DNA of 37,452 bases from NCBI GenBank assembly GCA_011364905.1, contig RDNZ01000027.1:1-37452 (forward strand), given 5' to 3'. A model generated the notes under the pieces. That model worked only from the letters and a program-made list of their open reading frames with translations. It made no database searches and was not told the origin of the DNA. A program made the position numbers and the translations under genes. The DNA is from Candidatus Thorarchaeota archaeon (lineage in GTDB: Archaea; Asgardarchaeota; Thorarchaeia; Thorarchaeales; Thorarchaeaceae). Below, piece after piece: positions 25,003 through 36,100 of the stretch; the first letter of the stretch is position 1; the number at the start of each line of letters is the position of its first letter.

Positions 25003-26391
25003 TCAACCTTTGTAGGCATCTTCAAGAGCCTTGTCCCATTCATCCACTCCGGTTTCATCACCCTTCCGTTTTTTCCTCTCTTTTGCACGAGCTTTTCGGG
25101 CTTTTTCTGCTTCTCTTCTTTTTCTTGCAAGGTTTTTCTTTCTCGCTTTTGCCTCTTCTTTTTCTTCCTTTGTGAGCTTCTCCCCCTCAACGACTTCACG
25201 TTTGGACATCCAACTAATGACTGCGGCTGAGAATGGAAATAGCAATACAACCGGAACAAGGAATAACATGACAATTTCAGGTTGAATTAGCTCAACACTG
25301 TCACGTATGCCAATTGGAAGATTGAGCAGCATCTGAACAACATTAGGACTGATAAGAATGAATGATAACGCAACTACCGTTAGAAATCGAATTGCAGAAC
25401 CTGTAATTGTTGAACCAATAACATAAGAGGAAGAGGGGGCGGCAGCCTTAGCTGTCAACTCATCTCGAGCCCTCGAGTCGCTCTGAAGTAAGTCATCAAC
25501 GTAGATTTGTAGACGACGGACGTCAGAAACCGCATCTAGGCTTTCAAGAGCTGATTGTCCGCCCATAACCTTGCGCTCCATGGCCTCTCTAAGGAATGAG
25601 AACGCTGTGGCCCCCGTAGACCGGCTCATGCCTGTTGAGCTTACTTTCTCGCCACGTTCAATCGCGTCTTGCTTTCGTGTAGCCTGACGCAAAGCCAGCA
25701 ATTGCTTCTTGAGAGTTTCTTCCCTGTCTTCAACCGGCTTTCCAACAGAGTGGCTGTATATCATCTGATAGCTCACTTCAAGATAGGCAAAGGAAACCAG
25801 AGCAAGAATCTGACCTTGTGTCGTGAGAAACTGAAGGAAGTCAGGAGGTAGAGGATCGATGTTGGGGACAATGAGAGCTCTATACGCTGCAAGAATGACT
25901 ATTGCCTGAATTGATATGAACGCACCTCCAACAAACTTATGGTCCATTCTAGCAAGGGACTGAAGGAAGAGTGCGATTCCCACTCCAGCACAGAGAAAGT
26001 AGAGGAACAAGAAGGTGTTGTTCCATAGTGCAATCAATACATCGTTCAAGTTCGTGAAGAATGATGCCCATACTTGCTGGATATTCGTCAATGGGTCCGA
26101 CACACCATATGGTTGCATATACCAGGTTCTAAGCACAAGCGTATTGTAGAGACCTATGACTAAGTTGTCGGGAAGAGCACCGGCTGCAAATGCACCGGCC
26201 AGACCTCCAACCATTGTGGTAGCCAGGAAGAATACTATCAACGACAGTAGACGGAAAACTGTCACGACAAATGTATAGGGCGCGTTCCAATGCCAGATGT
26301 CGTTGGGATCAAGGATTGAATATACCATAAATGCCATGAGAGAGAACGTGATAATGGAGGCAATCCGAAGAATCCATGTGACGACTTTCAA
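25003..26391 (-). CDS. Polytopic membrane protein, last gene of the MoxR operon
   Basis: TTG overlaps the DUF58 stop codon; multiple TMs, a cytoplasmic coiled segment and a highly charged C-terminus. Confidence 0.85.
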   Translation of the reverse strand: MKVVTWILRIASIITFSLMAFMVYSILDPNDIWHWNAPYTFVVTVFRLLSLIVFFLATTMVGGLAGAFAAGALPDNLVIGLYNTLVLRTWYMQPYGVSDPLTNIQQVWASFFTNLNDVLIALWNNTFLFLYFLCAGVGIALFLQSLARMDHKFVGGAFISIQAIVILAAYRALIVPNIDPLPPDFLQFLTTQGQILALVSFAYLEVSYQMIYSHSVGKPVEDREETLKKQLLALRQATRKQDAIERGEKVSSTGMSRSTGATAFSFLREAMERKVMGGQSALESLDAVSDVRRLQIYVDDLLQSDSRARDELTAKAAAPSSSYVIGSTITGSAIRFLTVVALSFILISPNVVQMLLNLPIGIRDSVELIQPEIVMLFLVPVVLLFPFSAAVISWMSKREVVEGEKLTKEEKEEAKARKKNLARKRREAEKARKARAKERKKRKGDETGVDEWDKALEDAYKG

Positions 26392-27710
26392 AACATTGCC
26401 ACCCCCCTCTGTTTTGCCTGCTCATATGTACGCATAATTGTTGGCAGAAAGTCCTCAGGGCCTACATTGATTACATTGATACCGAATCTTGACAGGGCCC
26501 TAGCAATCTTGTTCCTACGTTCCCAAAGTTCCTCTGAAACAGCCTCAGACAGTACCTTCTCAACTGGGCCAAACTGACCCACTGGTGCTTCGAACCATGG
26601 ACCAAATGGACTGATTATAAGTGCCTTATGGCCATTCGCCACCAGTGTCTTCATTGCGTTGAGAAGTGGAGCAGGACTCTCTTCCAAGTCTGTCATCCAG
26701 ATGATGAGTGATCGTTTCTTAGTCTGAGTGACAACATGGGAGATAGCTGTTTCATAGTCGCTCCATCCTTTGGGTTCGGCCATTGCAAGGATTTCAAGAA
26801 CATCATACATGTGATTGGGACGCTTCCCTGGAGGGACATATCCATGGACGATATCACTAAACACACAGGTACCAACTAGGTCATTCCTCTCCATTCCCAT
26901 ATGAGTGAGAAGCACAGCTGCTCTTATCGCATACTCAAGCTTTGTGTTTTCAGGGTAGCCATTCCCCATGCTACCACTGGTGTCGACCATGCAAATCATC
27001 TGAACATTCTTCTCTTGTTCCCACTGTTTCACAACCATATCGCCGCGTTTGGCACTCGTTTTCCAATCAATCAGTCGAAACTCATCTCCAGGAACATACT
27101 CTCGAAAACCTGCAAAGTCTGTACCCATTCCGACTGTTTTGGTCCTGTGGGCACCAAACATGAGGCCGAGCTGACGCTGTTTAGCGAAGGACTCAAGGCG
27201 ACGTACATCCTTCCATGTGGGATAAACCAGAACCTCAGTATGCTCCTTCAGGATTCTTTTGTAATAATGCATCCCAAGTCTGTCACGCATTATGACCTCT
27301 GTTGGGCCAAGAAAGTAGCGTCCACGCATTCGAGCCTGCAAAATGTAGGAGAAGGTCATGCTGCTGCCTGGTTCAATCCGAGAAGCTATGAAGTTCTCGC
27401 CAATTGCCAGAATCCAGGTCTCTGGATATTGGTCATGAACCTCAATGAAATCAAAATGACGACGAGATGCGTTTCGAACTGTAACTCGGACTCTGAGAAA
27501 GTCACCTGAAAAGAGCTTTACTTTGTCAATCTGACGATCTACTTCAATTCCAGCTAGATTAGCAGTCAATGCAAAGAGAGGCAATGTGACAACCAGACCA
27601 ATCACACAGTATACTCCTAGAAGGACGAGGTAGAAATTAAGGAAGGAGAATCCACTAGTGAGTAGAAGAACTCCCGCAAAGACTACCACAAAGCCTCTCT
27701 GAGTTATCAA
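26388..27710 (-). CDS. DUF58 / vWA domain protein
   Basis: Two N-terminal TMs; G.DF...REYVPGD..R.IDWK.SA; MIDAS VDTSGSM. Confidence 0.92.
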   Translation of the reverse strand: MITQRGFVVVFAGVLLLTSGFSFLNFYLVLLGVYCVIGLVVTLPLFALTANLAGIEVDRQIDKVKLFSGDFLRVRVTVRNASRRHFDFIEVHDQYPETWILAIGENFIASRIEPGSSMTFSYILQARMRGRYFLGPTEVIMRDRLGMHYYKRILKEHTEVLVYPTWKDVRRLESFAKQRQLGLMFGAHRTKTVGMGTDFAGFREYVPGDEFRLIDWKTSAKRGDMVVKQWEQEKNVQMICMVDTSGSMGNGYPENTKLEYAIRAAVLLTHMGMERNDLVGTCVFSDIVHGYVPPGKRPNHMYDVLEILAMAEPKGWSDYETAISHVVTQTKKRSLIIWMTDLEESPAPLLNAMKTLVANGHKALIISPFGPWFEAPVGQFGPVEKVLSEAVSEELWERRNKIARALSRFGINVINVGPEDFLPTIMRTYEQAKQRGVAMF

Positions 27711-27746
27711 TTCAAATCTTCCCCATCTAACTTATGACTTACATTA

Positions 27747-28736
27747 TTATTTAGGACAATCAACTTCTCCCAGAATTTTAGCAACAACACGACTCACTGT
27801 CAATCCTTCGAGTTCGGCTTCAGGTTTGAGAATGAGTCGATGATTTAGAGCCTGTACCGAGAGCCTACGCACATCCTCAGGGATTACATAGTCTCTGCCC
27901 TCCATAGCCGCACGGGTCTTTGAGGCATTCATGAGCACAAGCGATGCACGGGGTGATCCACCTAGCAAAATCTGCGGATCATTTCGTGTGCGGACAACGA
28001 TGTCACGAATATAGTTGATGACATCTTCTTCTATGAAGACTGTCCTGCAGGTGTTCTGCATTCTCACCATTGCTGCAGGATCAGCGAGAACACCCAAATC
28101 AGTTGCTTCACCAAGATGTTTCCTACGTACAATTTCAGCCTCTTCCTGATCTGTAGGATAGTCAAGTATCAGACGGAACATGAACCTGTCAAGTTGTGCC
28201 TCTGGCAGGGGGTATGTGCCTTCCTGTTCAACTGGGTTCTGAGTGGCAATTATTAGAAATGGCTTGGGAAGCTTACGGGTCACACCCTCAATCGATACCT
28301 GTCGTTCTTCCATCACTTCAAGTAATGCGCTCTGAGACTTCGGGGGGCACCTATTGATCTCGTCAGCCAGGACAAGGTTTGAAAACACGGGACCTTTACG
28401 GAACCAGAACTCGCCTGTTCGCTGGTTGAACACATTGCTACCGAGTAGGTCTGCTGGAAGGGTGTCTACCGTAAGCTGGATTCTTTTGAATGCACAACCA
28501 AGAATGGATGCGAATGTCCGAGCCATGTAGGTCTTCGCAATCCCAGGTACTCCTTCTAGTACAACATGACCGTTTGAGAGAAAAGCAACAAGCACATCCC
28601 GAAGGATGTCTTCTTTTCCAACGATTATGCGACCGCACTCTCGGAGGATTTCACTCGTGGCCTTGTGCACCTCATCAATGGACATAGTCGCAGAGGTGTC
28701 GATAACCACAGTGTCGTTCGTTTCTTCTGTTGTCAA
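27747..28736 (-). CDS. moxR: MoxR family AAA+ ATPase
   Basis: GHVVLEGVPGIAKT, RIQ.T.D.LP.D..G, LADEINR.PPK.QSALLE.MEE, ATQNPVEQEGTYPLPEAQLDRF, G.SPR. Confidence 0.96.
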   Translation of the reverse strand: MTTEETNDTVVIDTSATMSIDEVHKATSEILRECGRIIVGKEDILRDVLVAFLSNGHVVLEGVPGIAKTYMARTFASILGCAFKRIQLTVDTLPADLLGSNVFNQRTGEFWFRKGPVFSNLVLADEINRCPPKSQSALLEVMEERQVSIEGVTRKLPKPFLIIATQNPVEQEGTYPLPEAQLDRFMFRLILDYPTDQEEAEIVRRKHLGEATDLGVLADPAAMVRMQNTCRTVFIEEDVINYIRDIVVRTRNDPQILLGGSPRASLVLMNASKTRAAMEGRDYVIPEDVRRLSVQALNHRLILKPEAELEGLTVSRVVAKILGEVDCPK

Positions 28737-28743
28737 ATTTGTT

Positions 28744-30144
28744 CTACCTCATTTTTGTATCTATCACGTGTGATTGGATGTTGCGTATGAAGAAGAAGAG
28801 CTCCATCATCTCACTCTCCTTTATTGTAATGCTCGTATCGGTTGATATCTCCTCGATTCGAGCTATAGTTCTGAAGAATTCACTCTCTTTCAAGTTCGGG
28901 TCTTTGTCATGCATAACCTCCCATAGCTTCTTGGGACTGTATTCACTCCAGTGCTGCGTCTTTTTCAATCCCCGCCGCAAACGGCGATACAGCATCTTGA
29001 CCACCCTTGCATAGTTACCTTCGGTTCGATAATACGTCATTCTTTCACTAAAGTACGTTTGACCTCTTCGTAAGAAGACATCTGAAACACTCTTGACCTC
29101 TGGTTTCTTTATCTCTGGCAAGTACTTCTTAATCCCCAGCGTTGTGATAAGCGGATATGCAGCAGCCAAGAAGGGCAGAGAAGAGAGCCAAAGTATTCTG
29201 CCTAAGTAAAGTCCGAAGAAGAACTCACTCGACCACCAAGGAACCTCAAGTAGATTCTCACAGAACAGAACAGGTTGTGAATTGTCACCATGTGAGAGCC
29301 AGTTGATGACATTATCTCCAAATTGCCTGTTGCCAGAGAACCTTCCCCACATGTCATTGTTGAATATGCTGGGATCGCTGACTGCGACCAATCTTCCTCC
29401 ATTTGGAGTCTGAGGCGTGGAAAAGTCGACCGCCCCGACTACTGGAAGTCTTCCACTTAGTTCGTATGGGTCCGGATCAGGGGTGGGATCAGTGATGTTT
29501 GTTTCGCACCAAGACCTCGGAGTCGTCCAAGCAATTCCTAATTGGCCCAAGAGACAGTATGGGCTAATAGCTGACGCCCAGTTGAGATGTAGCTCTGACA
29601 CTCCTGCGGTAAGTGCACCTTGATCTATGCCATTTCTGACAAAGTCTCTGATGATCGGCAATCTTGGATCTTTTGCCGGATCATAGGAGTCTAAATCGAG
29701 CAGGACTCCATGGACAAATGACAGAAGACCCTTAGTTGTATTGGAACCTATGAACGAGTTCATGAGGAAGTTGAGTAGACTGAGCGATGCGTTGGCTGAC
29801 CCAAAATCATCTGCTATAAGCACGCCTCCACCGTTCATTAAGTGCGTAAGGATAACCACTGCTGCATCTATGGTGAAGTCTCGAACTGGTCCCATGATGA
29901 CTAAAACCGCAGATCCATTGTATCTTGATGCTACACTCATGCTCGCCTGGATGGACATCACATCTTGGCCGTTACTCTCAATGTTGTTAGCGAACTGACT
30001 GAGACCCGAATAACTGTCATTGTAAATAGAGAAATCATAGCCGTAGTTGGCTTGTGCTCCTACCAATGTAGTAGTAGCTAGAATGCCCACTGGAATCCAT
30101 GCCATGATGAATAGGATGACTTGGAGGGTCTCTTTCCAGCCCAT
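28744..30144 (-). CDS. DUF4350-like (GATase/GldG-like fold) membrane-anchored protein
   Basis: SIYN..YSG.S, GG.VLIADDFG.AN, GRLVAVSDPSIF.N.M, N..F..N...WL; position in the MoxR operon. Confidence 0.82.
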   Translation of the reverse strand: MGWKETLQVILFIMAWIPVGILATTTLVGAQANYGYDFSIYNDSYSGLSQFANNIESNGQDVMSIQASMSVASRYNGSAVLVIMGPVRDFTIDAAVVILTHLMNGGGVLIADDFGSANASLSLLNFLMNSFIGSNTTKGLLSFVHGVLLDLDSYDPAKDPRLPIIRDFVRNGIDQGALTAGVSELHLNWASAISPYCLLGQLGIAWTTPRSWCETNITDPTPDPDPYELSGRLPVVGAVDFSTPQTPNGGRLVAVSDPSIFNNDMWGRFSGNRQFGDNVINWLSHGDNSQPVLFCENLLEVPWWSSEFFFGLYLGRILWLSSLPFLAAAYPLITTLGIKKYLPEIKKPEVKSVSDVFLRRGQTYFSERMTYYRTEGNYARVVKMLYRRLRRGLKKTQHWSEYSPKKLWEVMHDKDPNLKESEFFRTIARIEEISTDTSITIKESEMMELFFFIRNIQSHVIDTKMR

Positions 30145-30162
30145 TCTTATCTCTCCATTAAC

Positions 30163-33100
30163 TTACTCTACTGGGGCAGTTGAATCAATTCTGGGATAGA
30201 GGTCAGTGAAGATGCGAACCGCCTCCTCATACCTCTCACGTGTCATTTCATGGTGTGAGAAGCGAGCCTCTTCGTATGTCTGCACGAATTGTTCAACAGT
30301 CGCGCCATCAAGAGGAATCACCTGGAGGACACGGTCAAGATACTCGCGAGCAGTTTCAGAACTGGTCCTCTCGGACCCCATCTTAGAACCACACATCTGC
30401 TCGAACGTACGATATGCCAGGGTGATTGAGGCGCCGTACTTTCCAGAGTCTGCGAGTTTCTTGATATTCCGAAGTTTGGTAGGGATATCTATTCCTCTAG
30501 AAATGATTGGACTGCGGAACATTCCTCTTACAATGTACAGGTACGCCAGAACGGCGATGACTGCACCAATGAGCAAGATACTTGCTATGAGTAAATCTGT
30601 TCCTTGCAATGGATTACCACCTGTTGTTTCTATATTGATTGTGAATGTATTAGACTGAATATTATCAACATCAATTGAAATGAGTACGACTGCGAACCGA
30701 ATAATTGAACGGCTCTGAGCAGGTACATCATGTCTGAATGTTCCAGTTACATCTAGCACATAATTGAACACATTTGTGCTATTGTAATTCAGACGTATGC
30801 GACGAAACATAATTGGATTACCTGATGGATCATGTAGTGTGCACTGGATGGTGAATGGTTGACCTGGATCTACCCTGTGGGGAGTATATGAGAAGACAAC
30901 ATCTTCGAAGACATGGATTCCTTCGCCTGCTATGACGGCGCTTGGATTGATGTATCCAGTACCGCCATATTGAGCGGTGATATTGAAGATTCCATTTCCT
31001 TCACTCCAAGTCAGTGGTACTAGGAGTGAAACATTCATCCTACTGGCATCAGTAAGCAGAACATTGGTAAGATGTGTGGAACCAAGATAGATGGACACCG
31101 ATTGCCCATTAAGGGGAATCCCATCATCATCTATAAGCTGAATGTTTGCTGAAAAATGTTCTCCGGGCATAAGCGATTGAACACTTGTCTGTACATCAAC
31201 ATGTGAGGCAATGTAAACCAGAATAGTCCATTCTGTAGGACCATTCCTGAGCTCATGGTATGTCGATGTGACCTGAATACCAATGTAATATAGTCCTCTT
31301 TGGGCCGTCCCGGGAACAGTGACAGAAATTGAGTAGGTGCCATCTGTAGCAGTGACAGATGTGAAAGACGATGGTGTGCCATTAGCCAATACCTCTACCG
31401 TCACACCATCTGCATTGAAGCCTCCGTCATTAAGAACATGTCCTGTCACAACCAATGTGCCACCGCGGGTCAAGCTATTATCAGCAGGCTGGGGATCCAT
31501 GAAGACATCGACCCGCTCAATCACGGTGACGCTGCTGAAAGGCTGATTTGTATCCGTAACGCCCCAGGCTATCGTTGGCGGCTCAAAGAGCGCATAGCCT
31601 GACAAGACTCCGATAGCGTTGCTATATGGGACTGAGTAAAGATAGCTGAATGAACCAAGCGCGGGATCAGTTATGGTGAGTGTTGTCAGATGGTTACCGC
31701 CCCACCAGATCTGTATATCATAACCTACAAGCGGAGTACCATTCGTGAACTGGAGGGTGCCTGAGAAAGTCACACTCCCACCCAAGTATGTGGTTGTCGT
31801 ATCCACATTTGTCGTGATTGTAGCCCTGTAGATATCTACTGTTACTGGAATGACTGGAGACTCTCCGGATGCTGCGTATCCAGATGAGGCAATGTATGCC
31901 CAGACATGCTGGACGTATGTAAGAAGACCCAAGTCATCAGGGATATCAAAGATGATGGTGAAATCACCAGTCCCGTCAGTCAGATAGTCGTTGACAATGA
32001 CCGTGTTTGCACCATAATAATCGCCCCAATAGATATCCAAAGGCAGATTTGCATATGAAGTTCCATTGTCCCATTGGACTGTTCCTGTTATTCTTAAAGC
32101 CTGGTCCAAGTAGACTGTTGTTGGTGTAACCAAGAATGCAGTGAATTGAGGTTGTGGTGCAATGATTTGTATCTGCGGTAAAGCAAATGATGTACTAGCT
32201 ATCCAGGGATATGGGGAGTAGAATGTAACAAGCAGGTCATAGAATCCGGGGGATACAGTTCCAGGAATACTCCATCGAAGTATGAAAGATCCATCTGACA
32301 GCGTCACATTTGTAGTTCCGAAAACCGTTACATTAACCGTAGCACCACCGTAGGGAACAGAGGGCGATACGTACTCTAAGTATCCAGTTATGGTCACAGT
32401 ATCCCCAATCCGATATGGACCTACAGGAAGATTCACTCCTGTGAATGTAGTCTGCCACTGGTTCAATGTGAGAATATTATGGACGGACTCGTTTGAGGCA
32501 AGAAACACTGTACCCGCATACACTCCATAGACTTCGATACCAGTTCTCACCTGGTCCCAGCTCATACCCGAGTAGTACAGGTCAGCTTGACCAGTCTCGT
32601 TAGTAATGACATCACCTAACCAGGGGATTGGTAGTGTCGCGTTGTTCCAGTAGAGTGAAACGGTCGCGCCTGAAAGCGCGGTACCGTTATGCGCGAAGTA
32701 AGTATAGACATGGACTGTCAACGTTTCATTCTGCTTGACTGGATTGGGGTCAATTGTGACCTCCAGATTGATTGTGTATTTGATACGAGTGATGCTGAAG
32801 TAAGCAACCGTATCATTGTTCAGAGGGTTTGGACTGATGTATAAGACACGAAAGTTGACAATCCCTTCATCATATGTTGCAAAACTAAGAGGTGTGAGAA
32901 AGCCTCCGGTCAGATTTGTCGTTGGATTGTCAAGATCGGTCCAACCAGAGCCATCCCAATAAGAGAGATAGACCATTTCCCCAGACAGTGGTGGTGCCCC
33001 GCCTAGATATGTCAGCACCCCTTGAACATCAAAGGCTGTTTCATCTACATACAGCGGTGTCGGTGCCGTGATTGCTATCTCTAGGTAGTATCGTTGGAGC

Positions 33101-36100
33101 TGAATCTGGGGAGCTAAAGAGCTAGAAGCGTCAGCATATCTAACATCCAAGGAGGTCCAGTTGGCAATGACATCTATCACGCCCGGTTCATCCTGAAAGG
33201 GAGTGCAGTTGTAGTACATCTGGTAATATCCAAAGGAGTCAGTCATCTTTTGAAAATGGAATGTGCCAGTTGAGTTAATCCAGTAAATATCAACAATTCC
33301 AGATGCTATTGGGGTTCCATTGGCAAACTGCAAGTTTCCGTATAGCAAGATGGTTTCATTCACATAGTAGGAGTGGAAGTCCTCTTGAATTGAAATCAGA
33401 GTAGTTGTGGCTTGAATGTCTAGGGGCTCAGGGAGAGACTCGCCATTATAGACATTGTAGTACGGTGAGGTGTAGTTTGCCCAGATATTGACGGTTTCTG
33501 TCGCTTGACCTAGAGGAATTGTATATTGATAGAAGTAGCCGCCAGTGGAGTTGGTCATGTCACTCCCGATATAGTAGACGCCAGTGCTGTTCTGTAGCCA
33601 GAAATCAACCAACTCATTGGGCAATGGAGTTGGAAAGTCAGATATTTGAAGAATCCCTTCAATGTCGATGGGTTGGAGGAGGAACACAGGATTAGGCGTG
33701 ACAAAGATTGGATCCAATGATACATCGAATTTTTTCACAGTAGCGGAACGATGTAATGATTCACAACTTGCAAGAGTCGGTTCTAGTGATGTGAAGTTTG
33801 ACCAATATTCAACTGGTCCCTCATCGGAGAGGAGGATTGTGTAGTTTAATTCATAGTATCCATCTGATGCGGTAAGTACCGATCCTAGAAAGACGGATCC
33901 GTTACTCCAGTAGATATCGACCCAACGACCTCCGATACCTGTTCCATTAGACACATGTGTCAAATATCCAAAGATTGTGATGTTTTCACCTATATACAAA
34001 GGATCAGTGATTATGAGTTGAGCGCTTATATCCATCGAGAGCTGTGTACCACTAGAACCAACATTGATTGGGATAGCATAGCTCCAATTGCCTGCAATAA
34101 GTGGCCAGGGAGAACTCCAGTTTGCGTATGCAAAATAGGTACCATCAGCCTGGGTAACGGGGATGCCATAGCTCCATGTGAAGCCGCCGGTGGAATTCAG
34201 ACCAACTGTGGCATTTGCCTGAGATGAAAAGAAAACACCAACTTGCTGACTCGCTGGAAGAGCTGTCCCATTCAGAAGAAAGGCAACACCGTCATAGAAG
34301 ATGGTTGAGCCTGCTGGAACATCAGTCGGAGAAACATTCAGATTGAAACCTATACGACCCCAGACTGTGACTGTCGAGTTGTTGCTTGATCTAGCGGGAG
34401 TGAGTCGAGGGATTCCATATTGGTCCCAGTCACCCAGATACCAACACCAGACCTCATGACCTCCCACAGTCATATCGAAAAGGTCGAGTGGATCAACATA
34501 GATGTTTAGCTCATAGTAGCCATACTCGTTTATTGTTGCATTCCCCATGAACGTGTTGTCCCAGTAGATGCCAATGTTTCTATTGTCATGGTTCGAACTG
34601 TTGACTGGGACCCCTCCAACCTTCATTGTGCCATAGACATGGACTGTGTCCTCCCAGAACGCAATATGTGTGTCGAGACCTTGGCTCACATTGAGCTGCC
34701 TGGTCTCGCTCAGTACAAAGCTGTCCCCTCTGTCTGGTGGGGAGGAGGTTGAGAGAGGATTAGGTGTTCCTACTGCATAGATTGAGGTCCGGTTTGTGAT
34801 TGTAAACGAACCCGAGTTCCATGTTGCAGCTATGATGTGATAGTCTACAGTGGTGCCGGACGGGAAAGTGTATGTGATATTGGCTATGGGACGGTCAGGA
34901 AACTGACCTATTGTTCGCATGCCAATGAAGACACTGTCAGTCTCATCAACAAAGGTGATAGCTTCGGGGGTTGTGACTGGAACATTATCCACAGAGATTG
35001 CTGCACTAAGACCGAATGGAGTGCCAATCTGTGCATAGGGAAGCCCATTTGATGGCCACACAATGAGCTGGACATTGGGTATTGGTGTGTTTGTTGGATC
35101 CTCACTGCCTCCCATGTTGTCAGGCAATGACGCAGGAATGACCTGGATCCATTCGCCACCGCCCCCAGGCATCGGTATAAAGACCTCTGACCAGAATGTC
35201 ATATGTCGGACCTTGAGGTCTCTATAAGTCATGGTTGGGTCCAAGTCTCCAACTGCGTATCCCAACGCCAGTCGGGCGGGGACACCAAGTTGACGCATGA
35301 AGACGCAATATGCAGTGGCAAAGTCCATGGGGAGACCGCCGCCACGCTGAAGGAACCAGTCAGTCACTTCCTGACTAGCTGGAGGTCTGGAGAGGTCTGT
35401 GTATGTCAGACTGAACGTGCTTTGGAAGTAGAACTGAACAGCCATGGCCTTCTCATAGGCGTTGCTTCCAACCGAGTCGAATTGTGAGATGTTGGCCTCA
35501 ACAAGCGGTGTCAGTGAAGGGAGATTTAGATAGATATCGGTCCATCCCGGAGCTGACGAACCAGGCAAAGCGTTTGTTGCGATATTGGTAAGGTCCTGAG
35601 TGTCGTATGTCACATTGAATGTCACCTGGACTAGATCACCAGTAGTGCCCTGAATGAGTGGGGTGAAGAGGAGCGTGTTGTATGCATCGGTCATTAAATC
35701 ATAGTCCAAAAGGCGACCTGGGTCCTGATAGTAGTTCCCACTGCCATCAATACTCCAAGTCATAAATGAATTCTCAATGACTCGCAAGTCGGGATGGAGA
35801 GAGGGCAGTTCAATTGCTCCCACATTGGCCCCCGCACTGGCGTTGAAGGTAATGGTATAGATAGGATTGGTAGCCTCACTAGATGATATAAGCTGATTAG
35901 TATTGTCAAGAGGCTGTGTGCCAACTTGGGTCTTTCCCCAGCTCGAGCCATCGTACTCGTCATATGCCTCAGTACGCCATAATTGAGGAGGATCAGCAGG
36001 AGAAGCCCTGAATATGAGGTCATCCAAATGATTTTGTATGTCATTCGGAAGTGGCGCATCAAGAGGAACATCGGTGTAGTTGATGTTGTCGAACCAGTTG

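Noticed and set aside
24762-25285. Several overlapping ORFs around the 3' end of the 462-aa gene
   Set aside because: Alternate or antisense frames caused by the low-complexity Lys/Glu/Arg tail.
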